In this document: positions 26,990 to 32,000 of the stretch, one piece after another
Layout of the letters: each line of letters begins with the position of its first letter
Numbering within the stretch: the stretch's first letter is position 1
Source of the DNA: Synechococcus sp. A15-28
GTDB lineage: Bacteria; Cyanobacteriota; Cyanobacteriia; PCC-6307; Cyanobiaceae
Reading direction: 5' to 3'
Length of the DNA: 32,000 bases
Assembly (NCBI RefSeq): GCF_014280175.1
Contig: NZ_CP047931.1
Location: 690,001-722,000, forward strand
Translations under genes and position numbers: made by a program
Notes under the pieces: generated by a model
Told to the model about the DNA's origin: nothing
The model's input: the letters and a program-made list of their open reading frames with translations, nothing else
Database searches by the model: none

Positions 26990-27639
26990 TCGAGCAGTCG
27001 TTTGGAGACGTCTTCCATCGCTCCACTGCGCTGCAGCTTGAGGATGGAGATGTTCAGCGGTGTCCTCAATGGATCGCCCGTTCTGAAGGCGAAGCCATAG
27101 GTCTGTTCGGCCAGGGTGAACGGAGCCAGTTGCACTGCCAGTTCCGGGTTGTTCTTGAGGTGATAGCGGATTGCCGGCCGATCGAAGATCACCGCATCCG
27201 CTCTGTTCGTCAGCACCGTCTCGATGGCATCCCCGAGTGTCTGTGAGGGAGCAATTCGCATGTTCTGCTCCTCAGCCAGCTCTTCTCCGCTCGTTCCCTC
27301 CAGAACAGCGGCTCTTTGCCCATTGAGCCGTTCTGCCGTGATGCTGATGGGTCCCACAAGAAGATCAATTTCCCCTTTGTTCAGAGCAAGAATTCCCTGC
27401 CGCGGGGTTGCTTGCTTGATCAGTCGATAGGAGAGGTTGTTATCTTCAGCGATCCTTCTCCAGATATCCAGGCTGATGCCGCTGCTGCCCCCGTCCTTCT
27501 GGATCACAAAGGGGGCATTGCCGCTGACGCCCACCTTGAGCGTGCGCGCCATCAACGGTGGAACAGCCTGTTGCAGACCCAGCAGCAGACCGACGGCAAC
27601 AGCTGCTCCCCTTCTCCTGGCGACGGTTGAGTGTTTCAC
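26986..27639 (-). CDS. Periplasmic amino-acid-binding/ionotropic-glutamate-receptor-like ligand-binding protein (no pore region)
   Basis: Signal-like N-terminus, then RTLKVGVSGNAPFVIQKDGGSSGISLDIWRRIAEDNNLSYRL...GEIDLLVGPISITAERL-NGQRAAVLEGTSGEELAEE...RADAVIFDRPAIRYHLKNN...GFAFRTGDPLRTPLNISILKLQRSG. Confidence 0.8.
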   Translation of the reverse strand: MKHSTVARRRGAAVAVGLLLGLQQAVPPLMARTLKVGVSGNAPFVIQKDGGSSGISLDIWRRIAEDNNLSYRLIKQATPRQGILALNKGEIDLLVGPISITAERLNGQRAAVLEGTSGEELAEEQNMRIAPSQTLGDAIETVLTNRADAVIFDRPAIRYHLKNNPELAVQLAPFTLAEQTYGFAFRTGDPLRTPLNISILKLQRSGAMEDVSKRLLD

Positions 27640-27716
27640 CGCTGGTCGAGACGCTTCACGATCACGGACATTGCGACAAGGGAACCTGCCAGAGCGATCA
27701 GGAGGGCAATGGTCAT
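27636..27716 (-). CDS. 26 aa hydrophobic small ORF overlapping the next gene's start (absent from track)
   Basis: MTIALLIALAGSLVAMSVIVKRLDQR*. Its TGA overlaps the GTG start at 27639 (GTGA). Confidence 0.35.
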   Translation of the reverse strand: MTIALLIALAGSLVAMSVIVKRLDQR

Positions 27717-27723
27717 TGGTGGG

Positions 27724-27891
27724 TCAGGTAGCAGCAGGGACCGCCAGGTTTGCATCCATGGCCCCCAGCAGCCACTCGGCGACTTCCATTCTCAAGGCGT
27801 ATGCACACTCGTAACGCCCTTGGTGTTCGAGCGAAGCGAGCCTGCGCTCAAGCCAGCGCAGAGTCTCAACCGGAAGCTGGTTTGGACGCAT
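27724..27891 (-). CDS. Hypothetical small protein, 55 aa
   Basis: MRPNQLPVETLRWLERRLASLEHQGRYECAYALRMEVAEWLLGAMDANLAVPAAT. This is the part of the longer 219 aa track ORF that does not overlap pdeM. Confidence 0.45.
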   Translation of the reverse strand: MRPNQLPVETLRWLERRLASLEHQGRYECAYALRMEVAEWLLGAMDANLAVPAAT

Positions 27892-27990
27892 CGGTCGCGC
27901 CACAATGCATGGCCAGAGGAACATCACAGTGATGCACGAACAGGCACCTGCGATGCAGTCAGGGCTACAAAACATGGCTGAGTCCCGCGG

Positions 27991-28665
27991 ATGAAGTGGC
28001 AGGAGTGGGTCTGGCGCAGCGAGTCCCTGCGGTTTCTGGGTGAACGTGCTCTCTGGAGGGAGCAAGGGCGTCAGTTGATGGTGGCGGATCTGCACCTCGG
28101 CAAGGCCGAGGTCTTCCAGGCCCATGGCATTCCCTTGCCGACTGATGGCGACCGGGGAACATTGAATCCGCTGCTTCAGCTCTGCCATGCCTGGTCTCCT
28201 GAACAGCTCATCGTTCTCGGCGATCTGATTCATGCCCGTGAAGGGCTGACGCCAGAGCTGCGAGAGACCCTGCGTTCGCTGCCGGATCTCTGTGGTTGTG
28301 AGGTGCTGCTGATCGGCGGCAACCACGACCGCCACTGCTGGATCGAAGGCCTGCCGCAGCTTCCCTCCCAGGGCGTTGGCCAACTTTGGTTAAGCCATGC
28401 TCCAGAAACGCAGCCCGCTGCTGATCTGCTCAACGTCTGCGGTCATCTGCATCCGATGATCCGCCTGCGCGGCCGGGCGGATCGCCTGCGTCTCCCCTGC
28501 TTTGCCTTTGATCCCGAGGCTCCCCGATTGGTCATTCCAGCCTTCGGGCAGTTGACGGGAGGCCATGACTGCGGCGACCGTTACCAGCAATGGCTAGTGG
28601 CCGACGGAGCCATCCTTCCTTGGTTCGAACCACCCCTCCAAAACCAGGGTCGACGGTCCGCATGA
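27991..28665 (+). CDS. pdeM: PdeM-type metallophosphoesterase (ligase-associated DNA damage response endonuclease family)
   Basis: LMVADLHLGKAEVFQAHGIPLP, LIVLGDLIHA, LIGGNHDRH, LSHAPE, NVCGHLHPMIRL. Confidence 0.85.
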   Translation: MKWQEWVWRSESLRFLGERALWREQGRQLMVADLHLGKAEVFQAHGIPLPTDGDRGTLNPLLQLCHAWSPEQLIVLGDLIHAREGLTPELRETLRSLPDLCGCEVLLIGGNHDRHCWIEGLPQLPSQGVGQLWLSHAPETQPAADLLNVCGHLHPMIRLRGRADRLRLPCFAFDPEAPRLVIPAFGQLTGGHDCGDRYQQWLVADGAILPWFEPPLQNQGRRSA

Positions 28666-30134
28666 AGGACGAGACCAAGGGCGGCCAGCGACGGAAAAGA
28701 ATTCGTCTGCGGAAGCGGTGGTTGGCTCTGATCTCACCTTTTGTGGTGTTGGGTGGGTTGATTGCCTTGGCCCCCGATACCCCGCAGCAGGGACAGATTG
28801 CTGAGGACACTGTTCTCGAAACGGAATCCCGCCGGGATGGCGAACCGTTTCGATACATCCCAGACGATGAGGTGTATGCCCTGGATTTCGACCCAAGGCG
28901 TGTTCGTTTCGGACTGTTGGAGGGCTGGGACCGCGAGCAGGATGCCTTCGAGGACTTCGCTGCTCTGGCCTACGTGTCCGGGCCGATGTACGAGCGGCAC
29001 GTTGATAACGGTGGTCGAGAGATAACGGTCCCCTTGGGTGATCTGAAGTTCGGCTCCCGCGTTTGGAAAGGGCGCAACCGCACGGCATCACGCCAACGGG
29101 CCTTCATCGGCATTCGCCACAGCGGCGCCGTTGATTTCAGCTACGGCGAGCTGACCGACGCACATACCCGCACCTACGACACCTTCATCGGTGGGCTGCA
29201 CAGCCTCTACAACGACCTCGAGGAACCCCCGGAGAGCTACAAGGGGGCTTACAGCATCAGCATGGGCCAGCGCATCCGCTATTACCTGCCCAGGATTCGC
29301 ATGGTGATGGGCCTGCGCGAGGACGGCCATCTCGAGGTGCTGATGAGCCGGGATGGCCTCACCCTCGAGCAGAGCAAGGATCTGGCCAGACGTCGGGGGT
29401 ATCTGGCGGCTTACATGCCGGACCATGCCTCCAAGAGTCGCTTCATCATTCCCGGCGTCAAAGGGTTCACAGAGGAGGATGCCAACTGGATCAGCGGTGG
29501 AGCGACGAGTTTTGTCCATGTCCCCTACATGCTGCGGCTCAGTTCCCGTCAGACCCCGCTTCGTGGTGATCTGATCGACAACTTCACCCCCAGGCTCGCC
29601 GGGGATGAGTCCTGTGCTGGAGCGATGGATTGTCTGCAGGCCTTTGGGAACCACCTGGCCGATCGAGCCTTGGCCGGTCTTAATCGTGTGATGGAAAAAG
29701 GTGTCGAACCCCTTGCTCGGATGATCTGGGCTCCTTCCAATCCCCAGCCGTCCAGTCTGGTGGAAACACAGCTCCTGCCGGATGAACTGGATCGCGTTAC
29801 ACCCGCGGTGAAACTTCGCGCTCCTCTGCGTGAGCCGCCGATAACCGCTGATCCTTTGGTGCTTCAGGAGCCGGTGATCAGAATGCTGCCCAAACTGCAG
29901 GAAGTGAGTCCGCTTGAAGGTACTTTGGACGATGGAACTTCACGGTTGTTCGAGCCCTCGGTTCCCCTTCCTCCAGACCTACCACCTCCGCTTTTGCTGG
30001 ATCAGATGCCAGGCCAGAGTGATGGCGACCGAGAGGCTGCTGCTTCCCCTGAACTTCCAGCGCTGCCTGAAAACGCCCCACCTCCACCGGACCTACCAGA
30101 TGTATCCATACAACCACTTCCAGTGATTGATTGA
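28662..30134 (+). CDS. Hypothetical protein with N-terminal TM segment and Pro-rich C-terminal tail
   Basis: The ATG at 28662 overlaps the pdeM TGA. KRWLALISPFVVLGGLIAL TM, then a large globular region and a PPPPDLPD-rich tail. No family recognised. Confidence 0.75.
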   Translation: MKDETKGGQRRKRIRLRKRWLALISPFVVLGGLIALAPDTPQQGQIAEDTVLETESRRDGEPFRYIPDDEVYALDFDPRRVRFGLLEGWDREQDAFEDFAALAYVSGPMYERHVDNGGREITVPLGDLKFGSRVWKGRNRTASRQRAFIGIRHSGAVDFSYGELTDAHTRTYDTFIGGLHSLYNDLEEPPESYKGAYSISMGQRIRYYLPRIRMVMGLREDGHLEVLMSRDGLTLEQSKDLARRRGYLAAYMPDHASKSRFIIPGVKGFTEEDANWISGGATSFVHVPYMLRLSSRQTPLRGDLIDNFTPRLAGDESCAGAMDCLQAFGNHLADRALAGLNRVMEKGVEPLARMIWAPSNPQPSSLVETQLLPDELDRVTPAVKLRAPLREPPITADPLVLQEPVIRMLPKLQEVSPLEGTLDDGTSRLFEPSVPLPPDLPPPLLLDQMPGQSDGDREAAASPELPALPENAPPPPDLPDVSIQPLPVID

Positions 30135-30149
30135 AACTTTCGGTGGCGA

Positions 30150-30623
30150 TCAGCCCCCCTGGTGGGAGGCGAGGGCACGCACCACGTCTCCCCGGGTGAT
30201 CACACCCACGGGCTTCGCATCACTGTCGAGGACAAACAACCGTTGGGTGCCCCGGTCGTGCAGCAGGGAGGCCGCCCTGGGCAAACCAAGGTCAAGACTG
30301 CAGGTGTGGGCGTCCTTCCGCATCAGCTCTTTCACCGTGGTGCCCAGCACCTGGTGCACCTGCTTGTCCCAGTTGAGGGGATTGCGCAGGTAAATCACGC
30401 TGTCCAGCAGCATCACGTACGGGCCGGCATCAACACCGCTCTCACGCACCATCAGGTCCTGCTCGCTCAGCTCTCCGATCAGGGCACCTGTGTCATCAAC
30501 CACCGGCAGTCCGCTGATGTGGTGATCACTGATCAGTTGAACGGCCTGCTGCAGAGGAGTGTCCGGGGTGACGCTCAACACTGGCTGGGTCATCACATCA
30601 GCCACCGTCAGCTGCAGGACCAT
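30150..30623 (-). CDS. CBS-domain-pair protein
   Basis: TVADVMTQPVLSVTPDTPLQQAVQLISDHHISGLPVVDDTGALIGELSEQDLM...VKELM...LLHDRGTQRLFVLDSDAKPVGVITRGDVVRAL. Confidence 0.92.
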   Translation of the reverse strand: MVLQLTVADVMTQPVLSVTPDTPLQQAVQLISDHHISGLPVVDDTGALIGELSEQDLMVRESGVDAGPYVMLLDSVIYLRNPLNWDKQVHQVLGTTVKELMRKDAHTCSLDLGLPRAASLLHDRGTQRLFVLDSDAKPVGVITRGDVVRALASHQGG

Positions 30624-30654
30624 GATTTGAAGTCAGCTGACTTCATTCTGCGCG

Positions 30655-31191
30655 TTGTCGTTGCCCCTGCGCTCTCTGGCCAATGGCCTCACCATCGCTC
30701 GCGCCGTTGCCGGCTTGCCCTTGATCCTGGCGCTGCAGGTTGGCTGGCTTCCCTTGGCTTGGTGGCTGCTGCTGATGGCTGGCCTCAGCGATGCCGCTGA
30801 TGGCTGGCTGGCCCGTCGCGCTGGCGGCGGCAGCAGCTGGGGGGCAAGGCTGGATCCACTCACAGACAAGGTGCTGATCGCAGCTCCCCTGCTCTGGCTG
30901 GCTTCCACGGAAACCCTGCCTCTCTGGGCTGTCTGGCTGTTGCTGGCCCGGGAACTGCTGATTTCGGGTTGGCGTGCCCAGGCGGGGGATGGCGGGCCGG
31001 CATCGTTGACCGGGAAGGCCAAGACCGTCCTGCAGTTCCTGGCGCTGCTGTTGTTGCTCTGGCCCCCCGCCTGGAGCGGACACCAGCAGCTTGTGGTTGT
31101 CGGGTGGTGGTTGTTCTGGCCGTCGTTGCTGTTGGCCCTCAGGTCAGCCGTTGGCTACATCAAGCCCCGATCAAGGCCGCATCAGCGCTGA
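30655..31191 (+). CDS. pgsA: CDP-alcohol phosphatidyltransferase (CDP-diacylglycerol--glycerol-3-phosphate 3-phosphatidyltransferase)
   Basis: SLANGLTIARAVAGLPLI and the CDP-alcohol motif SDAADGWLARR...GARLDPLTDK. Confidence 0.92.
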   Translation: MSLPLRSLANGLTIARAVAGLPLILALQVGWLPLAWWLLLMAGLSDAADGWLARRAGGGSSWGARLDPLTDKVLIAAPLLWLASTETLPLWAVWLLLARELLISGWRAQAGDGGPASLTGKAKTVLQFLALLLLLWPPAWSGHQQLVVVGWWLFWPSLLLALRSAVGYIKPRSRPHQR

Positions 31192-32000
31192 AATCCGGCT
31201 GCGCCGACGGGGCGATGGCGTAGTCATTCTGGAAGCTGTCCGCCAGCCCCTTGGCGAGATCAAACCGGGGTTCCCAGGCCAGTTCACGCTGCACCCGTGT
31301 GATGTCGGTGAGGAAGTGATTTAGTCGCAGGGGGAAGGCCTTGCGGGCTTTTGGATCGAGTCCGGATGGATCGAAGGGGCGCAACTCCACGGCGTCCGGC
31401 TCTTTGCCGCAGGCAACCGCTGCTGCCCGGATCAAGCCTCGGAAGGTGATGCCCTGCTTGCCGGAGCAGTTGTAGATGCGGTTGGCAGCGGCTTCAACAT
31501 CGATGCAGCGCGCCATGGCTTCGGCCAGATCGTCCACATGGCCGAGCTGGGTGATCGTGCTGCCGTCCCCCGGCAGCGGCACCGGGCGGTCGTGGGTGAT
31601 CCGATCAAAGAACCAGCGTTCGACGGGGTTGTAGTTCCCAGGCCCGTAGATGTAAGTGGGGCGGAAGCTGGTGAAGGGGATGCCTTCGGAGCGCAACCAG
31701 GCCTCGGTGTCCGCCTTGCCGGCGTGGCGGCTGTTTGGATCGGTGGCAGCGGTTTCATCCAGGGGCCACAGTGCAGAGCCGGCGTAGACGCCGGCGGAAC
31801 TCACGTAAACGAACCGGTGGCTGGGGACACCTGTGATCTCCACCACACGCCTGCTGTCCTCAAGCTTGCGCCCGGAGCTGTCGACAATCACATCGAAGCG
31901 GCGTCCTTCCAGGGGGCTCAGACCTTCGCTGCTGCTGCGGTCTCCACAGAGATGTTCAACGCCCTCAGGGACAGCGTTGCGGCCCCGCGTGAACAGGGTG
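31160..32000 (-). CDS. NAD-dependent epimerase/dehydratase-like SDR (CSP41-like), 5' end outside window
   Basis: FVYVSSAGVYAG, SFRPTYIYGPGNYNPVERWFFDRI, GHVDDLAEAM, YNCSGKQGITFRGLI. Manual reading shows the frame stays open to position 32000 (HLFTRGRNAVPEGVEHLCGDRSSSEGLSPLEGRRFDVIVDSSG). Confidence 0.85.
   Translation of the reverse strand, partial: TLFTRGRNAVPEGVEHLCGDRSSSEGLSPLEGRRFDVIVDSSGRKLEDSRRVVEITGVPSHRFVYVSSAGVYAGSALWPLDETAATDPNSRHAGKADTEAWLRSEGIPFTSFRPTYIYGPGNYNPVERWFFDRITHDRPVPLPGDGSTITQLGHVDDLAEAMARCIDVEAAANRIYNCSGKQGITFRGLIRAAAVACGKEPDAVELRPFDPSGLDPKARKAFPLRLNHFLTDITRVQRELAWEPRFDLAKGLADSFQNDYAIAPSAQPDFSADAALIGA

Noticed and set aside
27724-28383. 219-aa minus-strand ORF spanning the intergenic region and pdeM
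   Set aside because: Most of it is antisense to pdeM. Only the C-terminal 55 codons outside pdeM look plausible and are listed separately.

Overview
This 32 kb window looks like a chromosomal housekeeping segment of a marine picocyanobacterium, probably Synechococcus-like. That is inferred from gene content: crtE, opcA-zwf, a petH with a CpcD-like N-terminus, sasA, a carotenoid isomerase-like gene and a cobyrinate amidase. Coding density is high and many genes overlap by ATGA/GTGA. I see no CRISPR array, transposase, rRNA operon, prophage or recognisable defence island. There is one tRNA (Glu, UUC). The most interesting part is about 18.7-27.7 kb. (1) A cyclophilin-type PPIase reading frame (18721-20136) is intact except for one in-frame TAG at 18862, and it appears fused to a C-terminal cupredoxin-like domain. 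(2) A tandem phytase-like/esterase-like reading frame (25069/24976 down to 22262, minus strand) is also intact except for one in-frame TAG at 23873-23875, at the position where its own second repeat encodes Trp. (3) A periplasmic-binding-domain protein (26986-27639) resembles a cyanobacterial ionotropic-glutamate-receptor relative that has lost its whole pore segment. (4) There is a DUF296/PPC-glutaredoxin fusion. Nonsense mutation or sequencing error remain simpler explanations for the TAG codons than recoding, and the tests are stated. All assignments are from motif recognition by eye; no database search was run.
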